From contig CASFKG010000001.1 in assembly GCA_949295325.1 (NCBI GenBank), positions 485,119 to 549,118 on the forward strand: DNA of 64,000 nt, read 5' to 3'. Below, one piece after another: positions 1-10,100 of this stretch. A model generated the notes under the pieces. The model worked only from the letters and a program-made list of their open reading frames with translations, searched no databases and was not told the DNA's origin. Both the position numbers and the translations under genes were made by a program. The DNA is from an uncultured bacterium (lineage in GTDB: Bacteria; Bacillota_I; Bacilli_A; RFN20; CAG-826). Position 1 is the stretch's first letter, and the number at the start of each line of letters is the position of its first letter.

Positions 1-2
1 TG

Positions 3-563
3 GGCGACAAGATGACCGGCGTCTATAGCGACAACTACGAGAAAATGAGGAAGATGACCTCCTATCTGCTATCCATTGGCCATAGGAACGTCGTCTTCAT
101 CCACGGCGAGAACAGCGATATCACCCGCGACCGGGTAAAAGGCTTCCGGGATGCGGTGGAAGAGGCCGGAATCCCCTTCAAGGAATCGATGCTGCTCGAA
201 ACGCTTTACACGGATCGCGATTCGGTCAAGAACATAACGATTAACCTCCTAAGGAGGGTCATACCGCCCACCGCGATAATGTATCCCGACGACTATTCGG
301 CCATGGCCGGTATTTCGACCATCAGGGAAGCCGGTCTTCGCTGCCCCGAAGATATATCCGTTACGGGTTTCGACGGCTTGAACATCGGTCAGGTCTTCAG
401 CCCCGCCTTAACCACCGTAAGGCAGGATACCGATGCCATAGGCACCTTGCTTGCCCAAAAACTCATCGAAGCGATGGAAGAAAAAGAAAACGCCCACCCC
501 GAACTCTGCGAGGTGCGCGCTTCCTTCTTGGTCGGCGCTTCGAGCGGACCGGTCGGAGAATAA
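3..563 (+). CDS. LacI/GalR-family transcriptional regulator, C-terminal sugar-binding domain (5' end outside window)
   Basis: Motifs YLLSIGHRNV, PEDISVTGFDG and PALTTVRQD; frame is open to the window edge; HTH not in window. Confidence 0.9.
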   Translation, partial: GDKMTGVYSDNYEKMRKMTSYLLSIGHRNVVFIHGENSDITRDRVKGFRDAVEEAGIPFKESMLLETLYTDRDSVKNITINLLRRVIPPTAIMYPDDYSAMAGISTIREAGLRCPEDISVTGFDGLNIGQVFSPALTTVRQDTDAIGTLLAQKLIEAMEEKENAHPELCEVRASFLVGASSGPVGE

Positions 564-571
564 TTCCGAAC

Positions 572-2035
572 CTAGTATGTTATCCCGGTGAAGGTTACTT
601 CCACGTTGTCAACGTAGGTGGTGCCGGTTCCCCCGTAGAAGCGGACTTCGACGTTGACGCATTTTTCGGGTGACTCCAGGGTTCCGCTGTAGGTTTTCAT
701 GGACGTCGAATCTATTTCGACAACGGTGGGGGAGGATACGTCCATTCCGAGGCGGTTCAGGTAATGGACTTCCATCTTGCCGGTGGAATTGCCGTCGGCG
801 AGTTTCGCGTCGAAGGAATAGTCGTAGTTGAAGCCTTCGTAGAACTCTTCCAAAGTCTGGAAGGTGAACGCCCTTCCTTCCGCCGAAGCCGTCAGGCTTA
901 GCATCTGGCTTCCGTCGACATTCGCGGTGGCGACGGCTCCTTTGTTGGCGCCTTCGCGTATTTGCCAGCCGTAATGATTGCCGCTTAGCAGAGGCACTTC
1001 CGACCAGGTGTCGAACCCGCCGTTGGCGATTTTGTTGATGCTTTTTACCTCGCTATATTCGATGGAGCCGATATTGGCTTGGCTTGGAGTGGTTTGCGTA
1101 TAGCCCGCATTTGCGCGGGATTCCTCATAGAACTGGCTTTCGTCGAAAGCGGTGAATTCGAAGGATTTCATAAGCATGAAATCGGTATCGAAAACCGCGT
1201 TGTTGGTCCAGGCCGGGAACCATAAGCCGATCCAAAGAGGCATTTCCTTCGTTGTTACCAAAGAACCCCTGACAGAAGCCACCAGCACCCCGTCGATAAA
1301 CCAGTCGACGCGTCCGTTGTTGGTATCGAGATAGTCCGTATACCAATCGAAGGTGTACTTGTGGAACTGCCCATCGTTCAGGTAAAGGAGCTCCGAGACG
1401 TCCTGATCGACCGTCTGCTTGTTGTCGTGGGTGGTCCAACTCGTGGCCCAGAAGTACTTGAAGGTCTGTCCGTCCGTATGGCCGCCGATTTCGATGTCGA
1501 TTTCGTTTTGGTCGGTGAGTTCGTTTCCGGTTTCGCAAAGATAAGTCCAGCAGGCCGAGATGCCTCCGTAGCGGGGCAGAGCCGCCATTTCTATTTCGTA
1601 ACGGCCCGGAATCAGCTTTTCCTTGGTGATGATGCCGGCACCTTCCGGCTTGACCTGCCCGTTGTCCATCTTTTCGAGGTCTCCGTCCTGGCAATATAAG
1701 CCGCGGCCCCTGAACCCAAGATAGGTATCGTTCCCGTCATGGACGTAGAAGAGGTTGCGGTTGTTCATGCCGGCGTGGAGCTTGCTCGGGTTGTCGTTTT
1801 GCCATGTGCCTTCAAGGGTATTCCAGTAGGCGTCATTGAGATGTCCGCCTTCCAGATGCTCGTTTATGTTGCCCTCGTAGTCCTTGTCGAAAGCGGCTCT
1901 GGTCTCGACTTTTTCGTAATACTCCGTTCCGTCGAACAAAGTATCGTCGTCGTAAGGCTCTTCGCCGCCTGCGGTACCCCCGCAGGAAGCAAGGGCGACA
2001 GCCAGCAGCCCATAGACGATGTTTGATTTCTTCAT
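572..2035 (-). CDS. GH16-family glycoside hydrolase lipoprotein with C-terminal CBM4/CBM16-like module
   Basis: Lipobox LASC; catalytic motif EIDIE; FHKYTFDW...WFIDG strand; C-terminal IANGGFD...YVDNV carbohydrate-binding-module pattern. Confidence 0.8.
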   Translation of the reverse strand: MKKSNIVYGLLAVALASCGGTAGGEEPYDDDTLFDGTEYYEKVETRAAFDKDYEGNINEHLEGGHLNDAYWNTLEGTWQNDNPSKLHAGMNNRNLFYVHDGNDTYLGFRGRGLYCQDGDLEKMDNGQVKPEGAGIITKEKLIPGRYEIEMAALPRYGGISACWTYLCETGNELTDQNEIDIEIGGHTDGQTFKYFWATSWTTHDNKQTVDQDVSELLYLNDGQFHKYTFDWYTDYLDTNNGRVDWFIDGVLVASVRGSLVTTKEMPLWIGLWFPAWTNNAVFDTDFMLMKSFEFTAFDESQFYEESRANAGYTQTTPSQANIGSIEYSEVKSINKIANGGFDTWSEVPLLSGNHYGWQIREGANKGAVATANVDGSQMLSLTASAEGRAFTFQTLEEFYEGFNYDYSFDAKLADGNSTGKMEVHYLNRLGMDVSSPTVVEIDSTSMKTYSGTLESPEKCVNVEVRFYGGTGTTYVDNVEVTFTGITY

Positions 2036-2058
2036 AATCGCTTTTCTCCCTCGGTTTC

Positions 2059-2075
2059 GAAACCGATTTCCTAAA
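2059..2075. promoter_or_regulatory. LacI-type operator, copy 1 (GAAACCGATTTCCTAAA)
   Basis: Identical 17-mer at 2189-2205; GAAAnCGnTTTC pseudo-palindrome typical of LacI sites; just downstream of the leftward promoter. Confidence 0.75.
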
Positions 2076-2079
2076 CGAG

Positions 2080-2108
2080 ATTATGGCCTAGCATCTATAC
2101 TTTTTCAA
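2080..2108 (-). promoter_or_regulatory. Sigma-A promoter for the leftward GH16 gene
   Basis: Minus strand TTGAAA (2108-2103), 17 nt, CATAAT (2085-2080). Confidence 0.7.
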
Positions 2109-2127
2109 TTACTGCTTTTGCAAATTT

Positions 2128-2139
2128 GAAAGCGCTTTC
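2128..2139. promoter_or_regulatory. Central LacI/CcpA(cre)-type palindrome GAAAGCGCTTTC
   Basis: Perfect 12-bp palindrome between the two -35 boxes; fits the same GAAAnCGnTTTC consensus. Confidence 0.65.
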
Positions 2140-2148
2140 CTTTTTTCG

Positions 2149-2177
2149 TTGAATCGCGGGTGCCCGCTTTCTATAAT
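2149..2177 (+). promoter_or_regulatory. Sigma-A promoter for the ABC/GH161/GH16 operon
   Basis: TTGAAT (2149-2154), 17 nt, TATAAT (2172-2177). Confidence 0.8.
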
Positions 2178-2188
2178 GAAGTCGTTAA

Positions 2189-2205
2189 GAAACCGATTTC
2201 CTAAA
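2189..2205. promoter_or_regulatory. LacI-type operator, copy 2
   Basis: Exact repeat of 2059-2075, just downstream of the predicted rightward transcription start. Confidence 0.75.
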
Positions 2206-2229
2206 TTCGGAATCGGAGGAAGAGGATAT

Positions 2230-3660
2230 ATGAAAAAAGCAAAAATAGCCCTTGCTTCGCTGGCCCTTGTAGCGGCAGCGGCCGGGCTGGCCTCCTGCGG
2301 AGGAACAGGCAGGAACCCCAGCAGCTCCAACGAGATTTGGATTTGCGCCTATGACGGCGGCTACGGACAGGAGTGGGCCAACGATTTGGCTGCCCGTTTC
2401 GAAGAACTTACAGGCAAGTCGGTCCACTTCGACTTCGACACCTCCCTTGTAAGCCGCCTTGGCAGTGCCTTGAAGGACGGAGGCGATTACGACATCTACC
2501 TCAGCCACGGAATCCCCTGGCAGGAATACGCGGTCCAGGGATTGCTGGCTCCGCTTGACGACCTCTACGAAGACAAAGTAGAGGGGTATGACGGCACCTT
2601 CGAGGACCGTCTAGTCGAAACGGCCGCCGAAAACAGCATGTTGGACGGCCATTACTATAAGGTCTGCTGGACGCAGGGCGCCGGCGGCATCCTCTATAAC
2701 ATGGACATGTTCGAGGCCAACGGCTGGGAAGTGCCGGAAACCTACGACGAACTGGTCGCGCTCTGCAATACCATCAACAACAGCGGCCTCGTCTCCTCCC
2801 AGGAAACTCCGGTGAAACCCTTTGCCTGGAGCGGCAGCGAACGTCAGTACTATTGGGATTACCCCGTCTTCGAATGGTGGGCCCAGTTGGCCGGAATGGA
2901 AAAGGTCAATCAGGTATTCGAGTATCTAGGCCCCACCGGTGAGTACAGCGACGGTTACGAAATGTACAATCCCGATACCTATTACAAGGAGTTCATCGAG
3001 GCCTACGAGATGTGGTACGACCTCGTCGCCACCGCGGACAACTCCTTGCCGAATGCCCAAAGCACGACTTTGAATTCCGCCAAGGGGCAGTTCGTCACCG
3101 GCCAGGCCGCGATGATGCCTTATGCCCAGTGGGCCAAATACGAACTGGAGATGGTTACCGATGGCGAAGGCCTCCCCTTCGACGTTGCGATGATGCCTAC
3201 TCCGAAAGCCACCGCCGGCGCAGAGGCCGTGAACTACATGGTCGGTTTCGGCGATTCCATCATCGTCCCGGCCAATTCGCCGAACATCGAGGGCGCCAAG
3301 GACTTCATCCGTTTTATGGCCACCGAAGAATCCTGCGCCACTTTCGTCGAAAAGAGCCATGGCGCTTTCCTTGCCTTCGACTATAGCGATGTCGACCTTG
3401 GCGAACTCGAAGCTACCGACACATATGTCAAGTCGGTTCATGAGAAACTCACCAACTCGGTCAATTTCTCTTCCCTCAGCGAAAACCCGATCACCTATGC
3501 CACTGTCGACGAGGTAATGCCTTGGGTCGGGAACATCTATTATTATCAAACCGCGGTCCAGAATCCTTCCGAGAATACCCCGGAAATCGTCGGAGACCAG
3601 ATTTACGCCTATGCCAGGAGCCACTGGTCCGGTTGGTTGGCCGCTGCCGGCCTGAGGTGA
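2230..3660 (+). CDS. Carbohydrate ABC transporter substrate-binding lipoprotein
   Basis: GGAGGA/AGAGGA before ATG 2230; lipobox LASC; SBP motifs GILYNMDMF, PETYDEL, AKDFIRFM. Confidence 0.9.
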   Translation: MKKAKIALASLALVAAAAGLASCGGTGRNPSSSNEIWICAYDGGYGQEWANDLAARFEELTGKSVHFDFDTSLVSRLGSALKDGGDYDIYLSHGIPWQEYAVQGLLAPLDDLYEDKVEGYDGTFEDRLVETAAENSMLDGHYYKVCWTQGAGGILYNMDMFEANGWEVPETYDELVALCNTINNSGLVSSQETPVKPFAWSGSERQYYWDYPVFEWWAQLAGMEKVNQVFEYLGPTGEYSDGYEMYNPDTYYKEFIEAYEMWYDLVATADNSLPNAQSTTLNSAKGQFVTGQAAMMPYAQWAKYELEMVTDGEGLPFDVAMMPTPKATAGAEAVNYMVGFGDSIIVPANSPNIEGAKDFIRFMATEESCATFVEKSHGAFLAFDYSDVDLGELEATDTYVKSVHEKLTNSVNFSSLSENPITYATVDEVMPWVGNIYYYQTAVQNPSENTPEIVGDQIYAYARSHWSGWLAAAGLR

Positions 3661-3661
3661 T

Positions 3662-4696
3662 ATGACCGAAGCCCTTGCACCGGTCATAGAAGCCCAAAAG
3701 AAGGGCGGGAAGATGATTAAACGCCAGGGAGGCGGCCACAAGGCCGCTTCCCATTGGCGGGTTTATCTTTTCATTTTCCTGATGCTTCTATATCCGGTCG
3801 CCCAGTTCCTCATCATGTGGTTCGGGGTGAACATCAACTCGATTCTCCTTACTTTCAAGACCTACTACCGCTTCCAGTTGGTTTGGGTCTTCGATTCGCC
3901 GGTGGTAAACGCGGAAGGGTCCAATTTCTTCTCGGTCCTTTTCGACAACTACGTCCAGCTGTTCAATTCGTTCGGACAGACCGATGTGCAGGACATGCTT
4001 TGTTCGTCGGTGGTCTATTTCGGTCTCAGCTGTTTCGTTACCTTGCCGATCGCGTTGCTTTTTTCCTATTTCGTCTTCAAGAAGATAAGGGGAGCTTCCT
4101 TCTTCAAGATCATCTTCTTCATTCCTTCGATATTGCCTCTATTCATCCTCTGCCAAGCCTATTCGCTTTCCTTCAATCCTTCAGGCGGCCTGCTTCCTGG
4201 ATTGATGGACATACTCGGCATCGATACGGGCAATTTCTTCTCCGGCCTATTCATAGGCAACCGGTTCGGAGAGTCGTCGTCCATCATGGTGTGGATATTC
4301 TGCGTTTGGTCCGGTATCGGATATGACGTCATCTTGCTTACCGCGGCCATGTCGCGTATACCCCGCGATATCCTCGAATCGGTGAAAATGGACGGCGTTG
4401 GTTCCGTGAAGGAGTTCTTCCGCATAATCATCCCCCTCATCTGGCCGACCATAACAACTTTGTTCATCTTCGGCATGATGGCGATATTCTCCACGAGTTT
4501 CCAACCTTTGTTCCTTACTCCCGGAAACAATGGGACGACCACGATCGGCTTGCAGATCTACAACCAGTCGCAGTCGGGAAGCGGAGCCCTTAACAACCCG
4601 GCTACCCTTGGGCTTTTCTGCTCATTGGTGGTTGCCCCGGTGATCGTCGGAGTGAGGTCACTCATGAACCGTTGCTACAAGAACGTGGGATTCTGA
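3662..4696 (+). CDS. Carbohydrate ABC transporter permease (MalF-like)
   Basis: Multiple TM helices; EAA loop ESVKMDG. Confidence 0.9.
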   Translation: MTEALAPVIEAQKKGGKMIKRQGGGHKAASHWRVYLFIFLMLLYPVAQFLIMWFGVNINSILLTFKTYYRFQLVWVFDSPVVNAEGSNFFSVLFDNYVQLFNSFGQTDVQDMLCSSVVYFGLSCFVTLPIALLFSYFVFKKIRGASFFKIIFFIPSILPLFILCQAYSLSFNPSGGLLPGLMDILGIDTGNFFSGLFIGNRFGESSSIMVWIFCVWSGIGYDVILLTAAMSRIPRDILESVKMDGVGSVKEFFRIIIPLIWPTITTLFIFGMMAIFSTSFQPLFLTPGNNGTTTIGLQIYNQSQSGSGALNNPATLGLFCSLVVAPVIVGVRSLMNRCYKNVGF

Positions 4697-4697
4697 T

Positions 4698-5645
4698 ATG
4701 AACATCGTAATAGCCTTAAGGAAAAAATTCCGTTCGAAGAGGGCGGAAGCCAGACAAAACAGCTACGAAAGGAAACACGACCTGCTTTTCAAACGCAAAG
4801 GCGGGACGGAAGCGGCCTTCGTGACGATGTTCATTGTCTTTGCCGTTTTTTCCATTACGTTCATATTCCCCTTCCTATGGATGCTGATGAACAGCTTCAA
4901 GTCGCAAAGCGAATTCGCCGTAAGCTTCATGTCGTGGCCAAAGTCCTTCAACTTCGACAACTTCATCGAAGCGGCGACCTTCAGCAACGTCACCACCCAC
5001 CACTACAACATCTTCATGATGATGGGCATGAGCGTTCTCTGCGCGGGCCTAGGAACCCTGGCTACCGTCTTGACGAGTTCATGCGCGTCCTATGTCGTGG
5101 CCAAATACAAATTCCCGGGGCGTTCACTGATATTCGCGGTAGTCATATTCTCGCTTACCGTTCCCATCGTCGGGAGCTTGCCTAGTCAAATCCAACTCAT
5201 GCAGGGCATGCATCTCGACCAGACCGTCATCGGTCTCGTCTTCCTATATTCTGGCGGCTTCGGGACGAACTTCCTGCTTCTATACTCCTTCTTCAAGAAC
5301 CTTTCCTGGACTTATGTAGAAGCGGCGAAGATCGACGGAGCCAGCGATGCCCGCATCTTCTTCCAGATAATCGTGCCGATGGCCAAAGGACCGATCATAG
5401 CGGTCGGCATCCTCTCGCTAATCGGACTTTGGAACGATTACCTCAACCCCTCCATCTTTCTCAAGGAACAGCCGACCATCGCCTACGGCATCAACGCACT
5501 CCGCGAAACGATGCTCGAGAACCAGGGGCGTTATCCCCTCTTCTTCGCGGTCGTCATCCTTACCCTCATCCCGATCCTCCTGGTCTTCTGTTTCTTCAGC
5601 AAGACCATCATGGAAAATACCGCCGTCGGCGGTCTGAAGGGCTAA
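4698..5645 (+). CDS. Carbohydrate ABC transporter permease (MalG-like)
   Basis: EAAKIDGAS loop; PFLWMLMNSFK, WNDY; ends GGLKG. Confidence 0.92.
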   Translation: MNIVIALRKKFRSKRAEARQNSYERKHDLLFKRKGGTEAAFVTMFIVFAVFSITFIFPFLWMLMNSFKSQSEFAVSFMSWPKSFNFDNFIEAATFSNVTTHHYNIFMMMGMSVLCAGLGTLATVLTSSCASYVVAKYKFPGRSLIFAVVIFSLTVPIVGSLPSQIQLMQGMHLDQTVIGLVFLYSGGFGTNFLLLYSFFKNLSWTYVEAAKIDGASDARIFFQIIVPMAKGPIIAVGILSLIGLWNDYLNPSIFLKEQPTIAYGINALRETMLENQGRYPLFFAVVILTLIPILLVFCFFSKTIMENTAVGGLKG

Positions 5646-5663
5646 AGCCCATAAGGAGATTTT

Positions 5664-7115
5664 ATGAAAAAGAACACCTTCAAGAAGGCCGCCTTCTACG
5701 GGGCCGCATCCGTCTTGCTGCTGGGACTGACATCCTGCGGTCCGACCGGGCCAGAGCAGGCCGATACCTATTTCGAAAACGCCCGTTTCTATTACGATAT
5801 CTCGGTAAAGACCCCCTATAACGTTTCGGTCGAAATCGGGACCACCGCGCCGGTTACCGAACTTACCAGCAGCCGCAATTCCGCGGAAGCCGGACAGTTC
5901 GTCAACCGCGACGGTATTCTTACCATTTCCGGCGAATTCCTTTCCAGCCTTTCGGCCGGGGAGAAGACCATCACTGCCACGACAGGCGAAGGCAGGATAA
6001 CCATCGACGCTTTTTTGGTCCATAAAATCATACGGACCGCGGAAGACTTCCAGAATATAAACGACAGGCTGGACGGCTATTACATCCTCGGAAACGACAT
6101 CGACCTTTCCGACATCGACAACTTCGAGCCTCTCGGCCGCCTCTATTCCGAAACGGATGTCCGGAATAAATACTTCCACGGAATATTGGACGGCAACGGA
6201 TATACGGTCAGGAACGCGACCGTCCACTATAGCGACACCGTCGCGACCAATTACGGCAATTATTCCAATACCGGTTCGACCCACTTCGAGGAGGAATGCC
6301 ATTTCGCGGGCGACAACATCGGGCTGTTCCAGGTCATAGGCTCCGCCGGCGAAGTCAGGAACATCGGCTTCGACAACATCGACGTCATGGGCCGCACGAT
6401 CGTTGGGGCGGTGGCTGGCAACGTGCAAGGACGCGTCCACGATGTCTATATCGGGGACTGCGACGTAGCGATGTCGACCCATTTCTACGACGACGACTGC
6501 AATATGGGCGGTGCCTTTGGCATCGTCGCCGGCAGCGGCTCTGTCAGCAACGTGATTAGCGAAATCGACCACCTCCAGCTAGGTGCCCCGAGCACTACCA
6601 GTGTCAACTATAACGGAGAAAACGTCGAAATCGTCAACGGCGTCTACCTCGATTTCGACGACGTATACGCCGGAGAAACCACCGGCAACGGCTGGGACCA
6701 TCCGACCGGGGAAGGGGCTTCGGTACCTTGGTGGCGTTTTGCGGCCAGCGACAAAGTCGATACCGCCGGCACTCCCGTTATCGACAGCAACGGACATGCC
6801 ACCAACGGCCAATATGCCTTTGTCGGCAAATGCTGGGGAAGCGTGAGCAACTGCGTCTCCCGTTCCTTCAACATCACCCCGATGGACGGGGCGACCAGGG
6901 CCGTCGACTTCGGGCAGACCCACGTCGGAAGCAACAAACCCACGAGCGGCGAAACCGACATGGGCATTATCGAAGACTGCGTCTTGGCCACTTCTTCCGA
7001 AATGAAGGAGGCTTCGACCTATTCCGCTTTCTCTAGCGACATCTGGGAGATCGAAGACGGCAAGGTTCCGACCCTCAAGAAGATCTATAACTCGGTCGAA
7101 AGCGTTGTCGAATAA
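5664..7115 (+). CDS. Uncharacterised lipoprotein with X2/Ig-like module and GLUG-type beta-helix-like region
   Basis: AAGGAG RBS; lipobox LTSC; LTISGEFLSSLSAGEKTIT (X2-like); YYILGNDIDLS...FHGILDGNGYTV...IGLF...VGAVAG. Confidence 0.7.
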   Translation: MKKNTFKKAAFYGAASVLLLGLTSCGPTGPEQADTYFENARFYYDISVKTPYNVSVEIGTTAPVTELTSSRNSAEAGQFVNRDGILTISGEFLSSLSAGEKTITATTGEGRITIDAFLVHKIIRTAEDFQNINDRLDGYYILGNDIDLSDIDNFEPLGRLYSETDVRNKYFHGILDGNGYTVRNATVHYSDTVATNYGNYSNTGSTHFEEECHFAGDNIGLFQVIGSAGEVRNIGFDNIDVMGRTIVGAVAGNVQGRVHDVYIGDCDVAMSTHFYDDDCNMGGAFGIVAGSGSVSNVISEIDHLQLGAPSTTSVNYNGENVEIVNGVYLDFDDVYAGETTGNGWDHPTGEGASVPWWRFAASDKVDTAGTPVIDSNGHATNGQYAFVGKCWGSVSNCVSRSFNITPMDGATRAVDFGQTHVGSNKPTSGETDMGIIEDCVLATSSEMKEASTYSAFSSDIWEIEDGKVPTLKKIYNSVESVVE

Positions 7116-7161
7116 AAAATCGCGCAAAAACAAAACATTCTTCTGATTTTACGGAGCAAAC

Positions 7162-10100
7162 ATGGCTACCTATTCGTTTAAAAACAACCGTTTCCGCATC
7201 GAGGATTACCAGAAGGCCACTCCCTTCTGCTCCTTTTTGCCGGCCGTGGCCGGTAAAGACGGGAAACCCCTTTGGGCCTTTTATGCCTCGGTAGGGCAGG
7301 CCATGGGGGGATTCGGGGCTACCAGCAAGGTAACTCCGATAGCCCCCTTCGACTCCGCGCATATGGCCTACGAAAACATCCCCATCAGGGGGTTCAGGAC
7401 CTTCCTAAAAATCGACGGACGGCCCCTAACCCCCTTTTTTGGGGAATCAAGCGCCAAGCGCAACATGGAGACCTCCCTCCACGACCTACGCATCGAGGAA
7501 ATAGGGGAGGACTACGAACTATCGTTTACTTATAGCGGTATCCCACACGAGACCTTCCCGGGGCTCATAAGGAAACTGGTTCTCAAGAACACTTCCGATT
7601 CCGATAAGACCTTCACCTGCATTGATGGCCTTCCGGTTTTCTTCCCGCTGGGTTTAAGCAATTCCGACTACAAGCAGCTCGTTTCCCTCATGGAAGCCTA
7701 CTGCGAGGTCAACGGTTTGGAGGACCGCCGCGTTTTCGCCAAGTTCAAGACCTCGACCGGGGACAACGCGGTCGTGGCCCTGAACGAAAAGGGCAACGGC
7801 TACTTCGCCAAGGACGAAGAGGGGCGGCTGCTTTACTGCATAGCCGATCCGGCGGCCGTCTTCGGCGATGATCTTAGCCTATTGACCGCGAAGCCCTTCT
7901 TCGAGAAGAGCTACTCGTCATTTTCCAAATATGCCCAGCAAAGGGAAAACAAACTCCCCTCCGCCTTCTTTGCCTTCAACCGTACCCTAAGCGCCGGGGA
8001 AACCTATACGGTCTACGAAGTGTACGGCTCTTTCCTTACCGAAGAGAGCTTCCGCGAAGCCGAAAAGAGGCTGTCCAAGGATTATCTCGATACGCTGATC
8101 GAGCAAAACGAGCAGCTCGTCGAGTCGCTCGTCTCGCCCATCACGACCCATACCGGCAACCCCGTCTTCGACTTGTTCGCCGCCCAGAGCTACCTGGACA
8201 ATAACCTAAGAGGCGGATTCCCCGCCAATCTCGGGAGCCGGGAAAGCCCGATTCCCTACTATTTGTTCGGCCGCAAGCACGGCGACATGGAACGCGACTA
8301 CAACGACTTCGTGATCCCGGCCGAGTACTGTTCTTCCGGCCCCGGGAACTTCCGCGACGTCAACCAGAACCGGCGTAACGATCTGTTTTTTGCTCCTTTC
8401 ATCGGTGACTACAACATCCATCTTTTCTTCGACCTCATCCAGATAGACGGGCAGAACCCCCTGAACGTCAAGCCGGAAACGTTCGTCCTCAGTAAGAAAC
8501 TCGGTTACAAGAAATTCGTCGACAACATCCCAGCCGACTTCCAGGATGGATTCAAGGAACTGCTCAAGGGCCGTTTCGAACCTTCCGGACTCTTGCATTT
8601 CCTCATCGACACGGCCGGCCTCGAAAAGTGGAAGGCGCAGCGGCTATTTGAAGAAATTCTGAAAGCCTGCCATCAGGAGGAAGAAGCAAACTTCGCGGAA
8701 GGCTATTGGGTCGACCATTGGACCTACAACGTCGATTTGTTGGAAAACTATTCTTCGATTTTCCCCGATAGGGAAGAAGAACTTCTCTTCCGAAACGACT
8801 ATTCATATTTCCACTCGCCGGTTTATGTGGAACCAAGAAGCGAGAAGTACTGTCTGCTCGGCGATGGTCGCGTGCGCCAGTACGGGGCCATCGACTTGAA
8901 AGGCATGCAGGAATATTGCCGCAAAAACGGCATCGATATCGGCAAAACCGATTGGCTAAAGGACAAAGCCGGCAACCGCGTCCATTCTACCTTGGCGGAA
9001 AAGATAGTCGGTTTGATTCTCGTTAAGTTCTCGACGCTTGACAGCCTGCAGATGGGAATCGAGATGGAATGCGAAAAACCGGGCTGGAACGATGCGATGA
9101 ACGGACTACCCGGGCTCTTCGGTTCGGGACTAAGCGAAACGGTCGAATTGCTCCGGCTGGTCAATTATGCCTCACAGCACCTTGCGCCTTTCAAGGATAG
9201 GAGCCTCGAGCTGCTTGTCGAACAGGTTCCGCTTTACGCTGCCCTTTGCTCCATGACCTCCTTACTCAAAAACGGGATGGTCGGTCGCTTCGAATACTGG
9301 GACAAAGTGACGACTGCCAGGGAAGAACTTCGGGCCAAATGCCGCTACGAAGTAACTGGGGATAAGAAGGCAATAGCCATTTCAGACGTACTCTCCCTTC
9401 TCGAGCGGATGAAAGCCATCCTTGCCGACGGCATAAGACGGGCCAAGGCCGCCGGAAACGGCATCCTCCCGAGTTATCTGATTTACAGGGTCAAGAGTTA
9501 CGAGAAGACCGGACACGTCAACCACCTAGGCTATCAGACCGTGAAGGCGACCGCTTTCGAACTCGAAACCATCCCGCCTTTCCTCGAGGCCAGCGCCAGG
9601 GCCTTGAAACTCGGAAAGGAGTTCGTCGGCAAAGAGGATTTGTCCGCCATCAAGGCATCTGGCCTTTACGACAGGAAGCTCGGGGTCTACAAGACCTGCG
9701 CCGACATTGACGATGCCCCCTTCGAAATCGGACGCGTCCATGCGTTTACGAAAGGCTGGCTGGAAAGGGAATGCGACTTCCTCCACATGTCCTACAAGTA
9801 CCTCCTCGGCCTGCTGAAGGCCGGTTATTTCCGGGAATGGGCCAAGGAAGCCAAAACCAATCTGACCATGGAACTCGATCCAAAGGTCTATGGCCGCAAT
9901 CCGACCGAGGCCTCTTCCTTCATCGTTCCGACCTGCAATCCGGATTCAAGCAAGCACGGCCGCGGCTTCTTTGCCCGCCTTAGCGGCGCGAACGCCGAGT
10001 TCCTCAATATGTACGTGATTCTCTTCGCCGGCGAGCATGTCTTCTCCTACGAAGACGGGAAGCTGCACTTCCATCTAAAACCGCATTTGCCGGCATCGCT

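Noticed and set aside
2149-2229. Upstream extensions given by the ORF track (also 24407, 33779, 34824, 45644, 23609, 20195)
   Set aside because: RBS or -10 positions and family N-termini support the later starts used in the feature list
5418-6572. Long antisense/alternate-frame ORFs (also 11306-12283, 37896-39008, 40168-41148, 30247-31017 and many shorter ones)
   Set aside because: They lie wholly over well-supported genes, have no motifs or RBS, and are the shadows expected from GC3-rich codon usage
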